64,000 nucleotides of DNA, from IMG/VR virus record IMGVR_UViG_3300022701_000176. The stretch is one strand, 5' to 3'. A program made the translations under genes and the position numbers. The stretch is from a virus (lineage: Duplodnaviria; Heunggongvirae; Uroviricota; Caudoviricetes). The notes below the pieces were generated by a model. That model did not search any database. It saw nothing but the letters and a program-made list of their open reading frames with translations, and was not told the DNA's origin. This document shows positions 19,869 to 28,286 of this stretch, piece after piece (position 1 is the first letter of the stretch; every line of letters starts with the position of its first letter).

Positions 19869-19938
19869 CAACCCCAACCTATCTCACTCTCAGCCGGCAT
19901 GCATCCCGCTTACGCCCAAGAGTGAGATAGGTTGGGGT
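19869..19938 (+). terminator. 21-bp perfect inverted-repeat hairpin
   Basis: AACCCCAACCTATCTCACTCT, a 28-nt loop, then AGAGTGAGATAGGTTGGGGTT. Confidence 0.5.
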
Positions 19939-20036
19939 TAACTTAAAGTTAAATTTTTTGTTCATGATTTTATTTTTTTCTATATATATTAAATTATAAC
20001 GAACAAAAATTTATTAACTATTTTAAAAGGAGAGTT

Positions 20037-20333
20037 ATGATGTTTATTTCGATTATTCTTTCTGTTGTGTTAATGCTTAAATTTTTTATTTTCGTTCGAT
20101 ATAGATTATCATGGAATGGATCATATATCATATCATGGAAAATAGTATATAAATCGATTTTAAATATAAGAAATAGACATAAATTAAAATTGATAAAGAG
20201 TGGAAATAATTACATAACATTAAGAAATAGCATGATAAAAGATTTAAATTCATGTAAAACATGGGAAGATCGTAATAGTGTAGGTGACGCGATTAATGCT
20301 CTCGATTATGTTTATAAACTTGAAAAAATATAA
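20037..20333 (+). CDS. hypothetical membrane protein
   Basis: RBS AAAGGAGAG; hydrophobic N-terminus. Confidence 0.4.
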   Translation: MMFISIILSVVLMLKFFIFVRYRLSWNGSYIISWKIVYKSILNIRNRHKLKLIKSGNNYITLRNSMIKDLNSCKTWEDRNSVGDAINALDYVYKLEKI

Positions 20334-20347
20334 AGGGTAATTCTATT

Positions 20348-20626
20348 ATGTGTCTTAATCGTATGAAAGAAGTCAGTGATGATTATTTGATTCGATTGGT
20401 ACGATATAATGAATCTAATAATATTTTCATTGGATGGAAATCATTTGTTATTGATGAATCAACGGGAAAATTAACATGCCCGCGTATTATAATAATTATC
20501 CTGAGCCTCCTCTACTATACAACAAATGGGTTTATTCTGGTGCATCTGTTGATAAGGGATATGAGGAGAGAGGGTGGCATGTGTTTACTGAATACAAAGA
20601 TGCCAATTCACTTACTAAAACTATGA
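20348..20626 (+). CDS. hypothetical protein (its 3' part overlaps the next ORF out of frame)
   Basis: The ORF degenerates into low-complexity sequence (RIIIIILSLL) after 20476. Possible frameshift partner of 20476..20820. Confidence 0.3.
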   Translation: MCLNRMKEVSDDYLIRLVRYNESNNIFIGWKSFVIDESTGKLTCPRIIIIILSLLYYTTNGFILVHLLIRDMRREGGMCLLNTKMPIHLLKL

Positions 20627-20820
20627 ATTATAATAGTGTTAGTAAATACTATTATCATGGAACTCGACCAATACTATTTCGAAAAGAAGACATAATAGTA
20701 GTTGGTAAAAATATGGTTGATAAAAGTGTCATTGCATTATCTCATATGAAAATTTTAAGAATGAGTGAAATAAATGAATTTAAAATAGCATCTGAAATAA
20801 GAAGGATAGATAACTTATGA
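20476..20820 (+). CDS. hypothetical protein
   Basis: Normal-looking protein; the upstream part of its frame is open into 20348..20626. Confidence 0.35.
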   Translation: MPAYYNNYPEPPLLYNKWVYSGASVDKGYEERGWHVFTEYKDANSLTKTMNYNSVSKYYYHGTRPILFRKEDIIVVGKNMVDKSVIALSHMKILRMSEINEFKIASEIRRIDNL

Positions 20821-20992
20821 ACTGGGAGGATAACTGGAAGACAACAGAATAATTATATCCATAAATGGTAATGGGATACTGAGTTTGTTTTATATGAATG
20901 TTTGGGGATATAATTACGAATGCGTAATTAAGAAAAGAAGAATTATCGAAAGTTAGCAAATATGTATTTTAAACCCATTGGAGACTATTATT

Positions 20993-21301
20993 ATGTTTTA
21001 TTATGCGTGTTTAATTTGTGATGAAGCTGTTCCAAGACCAGAACCGATACCTGAATGGTCAGCAGTTGTTTGTGATAAATGTCATGAAGATATGTGTGAT
21101 ATTGATCCAAATGACATGAAAATCATTGTTGAATCGAAAAGTTTCGTTAAGTGTCGGAAGACTGTGATTATTAGAAATCATATTATTCCGAAACTCAGTG
21201 AAGATGGAGAAACAATTGTTTCCCAAATATGTGGAAATCGATCTGTAAATGGATTCTCCGTTTCAAATGATCGATGGAAACAATGGATGGAGAAGATTTA
21301 A
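20993..21301 (+). CDS. Cys-rich hypothetical protein
   Basis: CLICDE...CDKCHEDMCD pattern; the track start 20978 is a TTG codon. Confidence 0.4.
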   Translation: MFYYACLICDEAVPRPEPIPEWSAVVCDKCHEDMCDIDPNDMKIIVESKSFVKCRKTVIIRNHIIPKLSEDGETIVSQICGNRSVNGFSVSNDRWKQWMEKI

Positions 21302-21359
21302 CATATATGACCACATAGATCATTATAATATGGTCTATGTGGTCTGAAAGGAACTGAAA

Positions 21360-21872
21360 ATGGATTCTTTTAATGAAATTGAATGTATTAATATTGATAG
21401 TGATTTAAAACCGGCATTAATTCATATCTATGCGATATTAAGAAACGATTTCAGAAGTCATTATGGTTTTGATTTACCAAGAACAGAACGAGAATGTGAA
21501 ACTATTTTTGGTTCGATTGGTTTGGCGTATATTCGAATCAAAAGAGAAATAACAAATTATGCAAATTTCAATATAATTGATTTTACAAGACTTATATTCA
21601 TATATATAAAATGGCGAACGTATGGTGGAACGCTTGTCATAAATAAAATTCGTCTTATTTGGGATAGAAACGTAAGAGATGCACCAATTATAATAACTGG
21701 TTATCGTGGTAATTCTTTGATAATAAATATATATGGATATGATTTCTTGAGAGTATTTGGTTTCGATCACGAAGAAAATTTAGATGGGATATCACAATTT
21801 GTTGTTAATGATCATGATCTTACAGTAAAAACAATAGAAGAAATTAAAAAGAATTCACGTCACGTTGTATAA
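21360..21872 (+). CDS. hypothetical protein
   Basis: 170-aa ORF in the plus-strand gene block. Confidence 0.4.
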   Translation: MDSFNEIECINIDSDLKPALIHIYAILRNDFRSHYGFDLPRTERECETIFGSIGLAYIRIKREITNYANFNIIDFTRLIFIYIKWRTYGGTLVINKIRLIWDRNVRDAPIIITGYRGNSLIINIYGYDFLRVFGFDHEENLDGISQFVVNDHDLTVKTIEEIKKNSRHVV

Positions 21873-21898
21873 ACCATTATAAATAAGGAGATATGGTT

Positions 21899-22204
21899 AT
21901 GATTAGTGGAAGACCATCGCATCCAGGACAAATATTAGTAGAATTTATCAATAATATTAAAGGGTTAACTGTTGATAAATTATCTGATGTCACCGAGATT
22001 GAAGAAAGATATTTATTGGAGTTAATGATTGAAAAAGAATCAATGACTCCATATGTGGCGCAGGTATTTTCCAGGGTATTTTCGACAACACCTTCTTATT
22101 GGATAGATCTTCAATCTAAACTCGATCTGTGGGAAAACCATGTTAAACATGAACAGTTTTTAAGTGGGTTAGAATCATTGGTTGATACAAATATAGAACA
22201 ATAA
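21899..22204 (+). CDS. HigA/VapI-family HTH (Xre-type) antitoxin-like protein
   Basis: HPGQILVEFI...GLTVDKLSDVTEIEERYLLELMIEKESMTPYVAQVFSRVFSTTPSYWIDLQ matches the HigA-family pattern HPGE.L.E....GLS...LA.......I..I..GKR..T...A..L...FG.S...W.NLQ. Confidence 0.5.
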   Translation: MISGRPSHPGQILVEFINNIKGLTVDKLSDVTEIEERYLLELMIEKESMTPYVAQVFSRVFSTTPSYWIDLQSKLDLWENHVKHEQFLSGLESLVDTNIEQ

Positions 22205-22290
22205 TATTTATTTAAAAATTGGCTAAATAATAATCACATAGATTAGAATATCATTTTAATCTATGTGATTATTTGAAAGGAGATATGGTT

Positions 22291-23733
22291 ATGTGTGGAA
22301 TAGGATGTGTTTGGTTCAGAGAAAGTGTTGATGTGGAAATTTTGGAAAAAATGCTGGAAGCAACTGAAAAAAGGGGAAAAGATGCATTTGGATATGCAAT
22401 AATACGATATGATAAAACTGAAGATGATTATGTTTTATTTGATATAAATCGATATGGTAAATCTTATAGTGAAATCAAACAAAATATCAATCTTTTTACA
22501 GTATTAAAAGTTGGAGATATAATTATATGGAATAATAGAGCAAAACCAATGACTGAATTTTCATCTGTAGATGGAGATGATAGAACAATTCAACCGATAT
22601 GGTACAGAGATGAAGGGATCATTATGGTTCATAATGGTGTTGTATCGAATGAAGATGAAAAATTTAAAAGAAGAACAAAAATAGATTCTGAATTTTTCAT
22701 TCATAGATATTTAAAAAATGGAAGAAATATTAAAAAGACAGCAGAAGAAATGATTGGTGGATCTGCTTATATATACGTTGATCTAAGAAGAGATATACTT
22801 GGTGTTGTAAGAGATTTCAGACCATTGGGGAAAGCATATAAGAAGGGTGTTGGTTATTTTGTAATGACTGATACTGATGAATTCTATAATGTCTTTGGTG
22901 ATATGGATGTGGCTATATGGGAAAATTTCTATTATAGCAATATACAACAATTTACTACAAATGAGGTAGATTTAAATTCTGGTCTAATTAACAGAAAAGA
23001 ATTTGAACCAAATTATATATCATCTCTTCCAGAACAAGATCCAAATAAAGTACTTGTAATGTCATCTGGTGGAGTTGATTCTTCTGTTGCTGCATGTGTT
23101 GCTGCAAAATTATTGAGAAAAGAAGTTACACTTGTTCACTTTGATATTAAACAAAAGAATAATCCAGGTGAAATTCGTGCAGTTAATTACTTAAGAGAAT
23201 TTCTAAGATGTAGACTCGATTATGTTGATTTACGATGGCTTGGATCATATGGAAAAAGTGTATTAACAGATAATCAATTAAAAGTTCCAAGTGGGTCAGT
23301 TAAATCAAATTTGAAAAATACAGTATGTTGGGTGCCAGCAAGAAATCTTATAATGTTATCATGTTTGATGGGTGTTGCTGAAGCTATAGGTGCAAGTGAA
23401 ATATATAATGGTTTTACTCAAGAAGAAGGCACGGTTTACAATGACAATTCAACATCATTTTTCAATGCAATGAATTATGTGTCTGATTTTGGTACTCTTA
23501 AACGACCAAAAGTAAAAACCATTCTTGGGAATCTGATGAAGCCAGAAGTTATTAAACTTGGATGGTATTTTGGATTAGATTTCAGTCAATTGTGGTCATG
23601 CGATACATATAATGAAAAAACTGGTAAAGAATGCGGTGAATGTGGTGCGTGTACGCTTAAGGCTTTAGCGTTAGAACATGCTAAACAATTAGACAGACCA
23701 CCAGAAGAAATAATAAATAGGTTGAAATATTGA
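22291..23733 (+). CDS. glutamine amidotransferase (class II, Ntn) - QueC fusion (7-deazaguanine pathway, Gat-QueC type)
   Basis: ATG at 22291 gives N-terminal Met-Cys (MCGIGC), as Ntn amidotransferases require, plus an HNGVVSN motif. The C-terminal half has the PP-loop VLVMSSGGVDSS, VPARN, and a terminal CGECGACTLK zinc motif as in QueC. Confidence 0.7.
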   Translation: MCGIGCVWFRESVDVEILEKMLEATEKRGKDAFGYAIIRYDKTEDDYVLFDINRYGKSYSEIKQNINLFTVLKVGDIIIWNNRAKPMTEFSSVDGDDRTIQPIWYRDEGIIMVHNGVVSNEDEKFKRRTKIDSEFFIHRYLKNGRNIKKTAEEMIGGSAYIYVDLRRDILGVVRDFRPLGKAYKKGVGYFVMTDTDEFYNVFGDMDVAIWENFYYSNIQQFTTNEVDLNSGLINRKEFEPNYISSLPEQDPNKVLVMSSGGVDSSVAACVAAKLLRKEVTLVHFDIKQKNNPGEIRAVNYLREFLRCRLDYVDLRWLGSYGKSVLTDNQLKVPSGSVKSNLKNTVCWVPARNLIMLSCLMGVAEAIGASEIYNGFTQEEGTVYNDNSTSFFNAMNYVSDFGTLKRPKVKTILGNLMKPEVIKLGWYFGLDFSQLWSCDTYNEKTGKECGECGACTLKALALEHAKQLDRPPEEIINRLKY

Positions 23734-23835
23734 AATGGGATTATTGGTAATTCACTGAAATGTACGATAAGATTTAATTATATATATTAATTAATAATCA
23801 ATAATCATTTAACCATATATAAAGGAGGAAATATT

Positions 23836-24066
23836 ATGGTTACGTCTAAAAGAGAGTCGTGGAATCAGGGTGGCGTTTTTCACGCCGCTTCCACGATTTC
23901 AATTGGTGGTTCCACAACATCTGGTTATGGGACCGCCGCCTCAATCAATGGCCGAGTATACGTACATGTATACTCGACTCCAACCAACAAAAATAGGCGG
24001 GAGTTCTATAACCGCCTTAACTCGGAATTGAGATGGGCGAGACAAATGACAACGCCCATCATGTAG
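23836..24066 (+). CDS. hypothetical small protein (GC-richer)
   Basis: Promoter motif at about 23781-23810 and RBS AAAGGAGGAA. Confidence 0.4.
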   Translation: MVTSKRESWNQGGVFHAASTISIGGSTTSGYGTAASINGRVYVHVYSTPTNKNRREFYNRLNSELRWARQMTTPIM

Positions 24067-24154
24067 CCAAAAAGCCATGCATACACTAAGCGAGTATCAT
24101 TCAAGTATGCATGGCTTTGCCCGATTTAATATTTTTTATCAAAAAGGAAATAAA

Positions 24155-24601
24155 ATGACTGATATAGAAACAAATGAAAAAATTGGATTTGATTTAGATG
24201 GTGTTATTTGTTTTGAACCAGCAGATCTGTGGCAGAAATTTGTATTTAATGCAGAAGATGGTGTAAAATATCGGCATGAACAACCCGTATGTTATAGACC
24301 AATGGTGAAGGGGCATATTATAACGGGTAGAAGAATTGACGATGAACAAATCACATATGATTGGTTATCTATGAATGATATTGAATTTATAAATGTTCAT
24401 TTTGGACTAAATCATTATATGCCTCAAATTCTTCTTCATAAAGCTGATATGATAGACCAACTCGATTTAGATATTTATGTCGAAAGTTGTAGTTATATCA
24501 CAATGTGTTTAATGAGAATGATCAATTCAAATTGCAGAATTGTATTGCCTGACAGTTCAATTGTAAGAAACTATTTAAAACTTGAATATAAATTATCGTA
24601 A
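24155..24601 (+). CDS. hypothetical protein with HAD-like DxDGV motif (possible nucleotidase)
   Basis: RBS AAAAAGGAAA, then MTDIETNEKIGFDLDGVICF. Functional assignment is weak. Confidence 0.3.
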   Translation: MTDIETNEKIGFDLDGVICFEPADLWQKFVFNAEDGVKYRHEQPVCYRPMVKGHIITGRRIDDEQITYDWLSMNDIEFINVHFGLNHYMPQILLHKADMIDQLDLDIYVESCSYITMCLMRMINSNCRIVLPDSSIVRNYLKLEYKLS

Positions 24602-24612
24602 AAAAAGGAGAG

Positions 24613-24849
24613 ATGATGGAGAGAAAAGTAGATAGTGTCAATATTGTCAGTAAAATAATAAATGAAAATGGTAAACGAATAGTTGTATATCACCCCATTG
24701 TAGATGGAAGAGAACTTCCGATGTATTCAGAGAATCCAGACGTAGCTCTTCTTGCTGGTCTTGGATACAAATACGATAATGGGTTAAGTTCAGACTTTAC
24801 CAAGTATGCATGTCGTATGCTTGGTATAAACAGTAAATGGGCAGAGTAA
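24613..24849 (+). CDS. hypothetical protein
   Basis: RBS AAAAAGGAGAG; a terminator hairpin follows at about 24860-24905. Confidence 0.4.
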   Translation: MMERKVDSVNIVSKIINENGKRIVVYHPIVDGRELPMYSENPDVALLAGLGYKYDNGLSSDFTKYACRMLGINSKWAE

Positions 24850-24983
24850 AGTTTGCCCTTTATGTCATGTAAAAAAATCTTATTAAACGCTGTCATTTAA
24901 TAAGATTTTTTTATTAAAATTCACTATATATATATTAATAGATAACCAATAACCTATTTAATCCAAAAGGAAGGAGGGCGCAT

Positions 24984-25151
24984 ATGCCTTACCATAGGAG
25001 AGACGATATAAGTTGTTGGTCCTGTCGTAAAGACGGGACCAACGATTGCCCGAATGGTCATCATTCGGGCAATTATTTTAACGGGCAAGATTGGTGCCAC
25101 GCCTGGGCACCGATCCGCCGCGAAGAAACCCGGGAAGAGTCCGCCGAGTAG
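24984..25151 (+). CDS. 55-aa Cys/His-rich small protein (GC-rich micro-gene, absent from the ORF track)
   Basis: Promoter motif 24922-24948, RBS AAAAGGAAGGAGGG, then MPYHRRDDISCWSCRKDGTNDCPNGHHSGNYFNGQDWCHAW... The listed minus ORF 24954..25175 is its shadow. Confidence 0.45.
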   Translation: MPYHRRDDISCWSCRKDGTNDCPNGHHSGNYFNGQDWCHAWAPIRREETREESAE

Positions 25152-25157
25152 ACTCTT

Positions 25158-25207
25158 CCCACAACCCCCCATCAAGTCAGTATGATTGGTGGGGGTTTCT
25201 TTTTTTC
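25158..25207 (+). terminator. rho-independent terminator
   Basis: CCCACAACCCCCC, a loop, then GGTGGGGGTTT followed by a run of 9 T. Confidence 0.5.
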
Positions 25208-25268
25208 TATATATATTAAATTATAAGTATTTGAATTCGTTTTAATTTTTTATTTGAAAGGATATAAT

Positions 25269-25625
25269 ATGAGAATGTGGATGATTGATCCAAAGAAATT
25301 ATGTCGTAAACACTTACTTGGGGAGCATGGCGAAATACATAAACATCGTCATAATTTTGTTAAGCATCATCGTATCGATGGTAGACTATTACCCATAGTT
25401 CAAATACAACCAGCAGACATGAGTAAGAGACATGATGAACTGGCTGAAGAAATGTTAAGAAGGGGATATAATCATCAATCTCCTTATGACCAACCAGATA
25501 TTTCTTATTTGGCAGAATGGAAACAACAGTCGAAAGTTGATCTATTAATAAGTGAAAAAGACTTATGTAAACGATGTAAACAATGTAGAGAACTAATTAT
25601 GGGAGAGGAAAACAATGATAAATGA
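25269..25625 (+). CDS. pyrimidine-dimer DNA glycosylase (T4 endonuclease V / DenV-like)
   Basis: WMIDPKKLCRKHLLGEHGEIHK aligns with T4 EndoV [22 protein letters not shown], and RHDELAEEMLRRGYNH with RQIELIAECLKRGFNI. Confidence 0.5.
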   Translation: MRMWMIDPKKLCRKHLLGEHGEIHKHRHNFVKHHRIDGRLLPIVQIQPADMSKRHDELAEEMLRRGYNHQSPYDQPDISYLAEWKQQSKVDLLISEKDLCKRCKQCRELIMGEENNDK

Positions 25626-25666
25626 AATAGTTTTAGACAAAACTAAAAAATAGGAGATAATATAAT

Positions 25667-26569
25667 ATGAATTATCAATCATCTTTATTATTTAGAAGAG
25701 CTATAGCACGAATTTTATATAGAGTTGATATAAACACTTCTATAGTTTCAAAGTATGAATTTGAAGATTATGTTAATTTAATGATAAGTATTATGATAAG
25801 ATTCAAAAAATACGATATATCTGTAGATAATTTTATTTTCAGAAATATTTATTTATTATGGGATAAAATAGATGATAAAGATATATTTTGGATAAATAAA
25901 TTTGGTGATGATTTTGAATTGTATATAGATGGTAATAAAATAGTTAGACTTATGCTGTACGGAAAGATAAATGAATCTATAAAATTCGAAGACATAATTA
26001 TTTATGATAAATTAGTTCAGTTTAAATATGATGAAGTTGGAGAATATGTTGACGAGTTTGAAGAAGATACAATTTATAATTTTATAGATGAAGATGTAAT
26101 TCATGAAATAAAAACTTCGATTAATGAAGTAATATATACAAGTGCATATGACGAAGTTAATAATAACCGTATTATTAATCAGTTAACTTGTCATATACTT
26201 GATTCAGTAAATAGTTGTTTATATTATCCCATATTCTATGCATATGAAATAAAGAAAATGTTGTATGTATTAATGAGATATTATTTTAATCTATATGTAT
26301 CATGTACTTGTGATCTACGTCAAATTGTTGGAGTAGCAACAATTTGGGATGATGAATCTGCTGAAGAAGTTATGGGTATATATGATATAAAAGAATTTTT
26401 ACATATGTGTGTTCAATTAGATATTGTTGATATTACAGATTATGAAATTGGTTATTTTATGATAATAGACTGTAGAAAAATTTTACAAATAACTGGTGAT
26501 GATAATTTTTCTGAACGAAGAAACATATATTTGATTAAGGAATTTTATAATGCTTACAATAAGAAATAG
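25667..26569 (+). CDS. hypothetical protein (Ile/Tyr/Asp-rich)
   Basis: 300-aa ORF with no recognised motif. Confidence 0.4.
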   Translation: MNYQSSLLFRRAIARILYRVDINTSIVSKYEFEDYVNLMISIMIRFKKYDISVDNFIFRNIYLLWDKIDDKDIFWINKFGDDFELYIDGNKIVRLMLYGKINESIKFEDIIIYDKLVQFKYDEVGEYVDEFEEDTIYNFIDEDVIHEIKTSINEVIYTSAYDEVNNNRIINQLTCHILDSVNSCLYYPIFYAYEIKKMLYVLMRYYFNLYVSCTCDLRQIVGVATIWDDESAEEVMGIYDIKEFLHMCVQLDIVDITDYEIGYFMIIDCRKILQITGDDNFSERRNIYLIKEFYNAYNKK

Positions 26570-27653
26570 AGATGATAATTTTTCAATGAATCGGGTGTTG
26601 GAAGTTGTTTATAATTTATCTAATCAAAATGTAGGTTGTAAAGATTTATCTGAATTTAGAAATAAACTATATGATAAAATAGAAGCTGTATTTGGAGAAT
26701 ATCCTATTAAAATATCTCATGTTGAAATATTTATTAATTTTGTTAATAGTAAATTTAAATCTTATAAAGATTCAGATAACAATATATATTTATATACAAC
26801 TTCTGATACAAGTACTTCTATATCTTATTCAATTAATTCTGATGGATATGAAGAAATAACTGATGGTAATATGCATGTTAACAATCAATCATCAACATCT
26901 GCACCCATAGATCCATTACCAACACCAGATTTGTTTGAATTTATTTCAAATCATGATGAAACAAAGTCAAATATATTACGAATAAACATAAGTAAGTGGG
27001 TTAAGGAATATCATTATAATGAAGAAAATACAAATGAAAAATATAATTTAGAAGTGTTTGATTATCTTAATGAAACAGATATCGAAATATGGAATATGCT
27101 TTATACAAAACGACATATTGCATTTTCAAAGTTACAAATGATATCTATGTCATTAGCTATGGTCATAAATTATATATTATCATATTATGGTATAAATACT
27201 GTTAATTATTTTAATATAATGGATATCATATGTTGTTGTCTTAGATTGACTAAAAGAGCATTGAGTGATAATTCAAATTCAGATATATCTTATACTATTT
27301 ATGATCACATCGATTTAATAATTTTTGATTGGGTTATTGATGATGATAGAAGTATTTATTTTAAACTGCAAAATATGTCTAAACTGAATGGTAAGTATAA
27401 ATATGACATAACTAGAAAATGGAAAAATGATGTTTATAAACGATGTTTATTTATAAATATATATCCCCTTTTAAGAGATTATATATTATTAAATGATCCT
27501 TATGATATATTTAACAAAGAATCAATAAAAGCGTATGAAGATTTTTCATATCGTGAAATCCAATTGAAATATAACAAGCAAGAAGTGGAATTAGCTCTTG
27601 ATACTTGGTATAGTAAACTGGTCAGTAGGGTTGAGTTTCCAGTAGATATATAA
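26550..27653 (+). CDS. hypothetical protein
   Basis: ORF overlapping the 3' end of the previous gene by 20 nt. Confidence 0.4.
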   Translation: MLTIRNRDDNFSMNRVLEVVYNLSNQNVGCKDLSEFRNKLYDKIEAVFGEYPIKISHVEIFINFVNSKFKSYKDSDNNIYLYTTSDTSTSISYSINSDGYEEITDGNMHVNNQSSTSAPIDPLPTPDLFEFISNHDETKSNILRINISKWVKEYHYNEENTNEKYNLEVFDYLNETDIEIWNMLYTKRHIAFSKLQMISMSLAMVINYILSYYGINTVNYFNIMDIICCCLRLTKRALSDNSNSDISYTIYDHIDLIIFDWVIDDDRSIYFKLQNMSKLNGKYKYDITRKWKNDVYKRCLFINIYPLLRDYILLNDPYDIFNKESIKAYEDFSYREIQLKYNKQEVELALDTWYSKLVSRVEFPVDI

Positions 27654-27748
27654 CTAAAAATCACCCGAATGCAACTACTACATTGTGTTCGGGTGAATCG
27701 TTAAATGGGTGGGAAGGACATATAATAAAATAAAGGAGACTATTTCAT

Positions 27749-28192
27749 ATGAGAAGAATGGATATTGGTAGAGTTAATTTTTTGGATGAATTATTTGATG
27801 TTTATAGCTTTCCTCCTAATATGGTGTTTATAGTTGGAGGAGAGGGTACACTTGCATTACATGGAATAAAACGGAATCAAAAGTATCTAAGTATTGTGGT
27901 TCCATATGAAATATTTGAATTCTTGAAAAGTCATCCGTGGGTGGAAATTTATAAAGATAGAATAAATTTGTTAACATATCTTGTTAATGGAAATATTCGA
28001 ATATACCATCATCATCCAAGAATCGGAATGATGTATGAGCAGATTGTTGAATTTTACAATCTTTTAAATGTTGAAGATATTCTATTTTTTACATTGAAAA
28101 TGGCTATAGATGCTAAATCATCTAAGCATGAAAAATATGCAATGAAAAAAATAATTACTTATTTAGATGAAAAAGAAATATATATTAATTAA
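27749..28192 (+). CDS. hypothetical protein
   Basis: ORF with RBS AAAGGAGA. Confidence 0.4.
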   Translation: MRRMDIGRVNFLDELFDVYSFPPNMVFIVGGEGTLALHGIKRNQKYLSIVVPYEIFEFLKSHPWVEIYKDRINLLTYLVNGNIRIYHHHPRIGMMYEQIVEFYNLLNVEDILFFTLKMAIDAKSSKHEKYAMKKIITYLDEKEIYIN

Positions 28193-28286
28193 TATTAAAT
28201 CAATGCATATTATATTTGTTTCAATTTAAATAGTATATTTTTATATGAATATATTATTTCACATTAAAATGGAGACGTATTGAGTA

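Noticed and set aside
19676-19900. Minus ORF 19676..19900 (74 aa)
   Set aside because: Shadow of the plus-strand 55-aa gene. The plus gene has the promoter, RBS and terminator in correct orientation; the minus ORF has none.
24954-25175. Minus ORF 24954..25175 (73 aa)
   Set aside because: Shadow of the plus-strand Cys/His-rich micro-gene 24984..25151.
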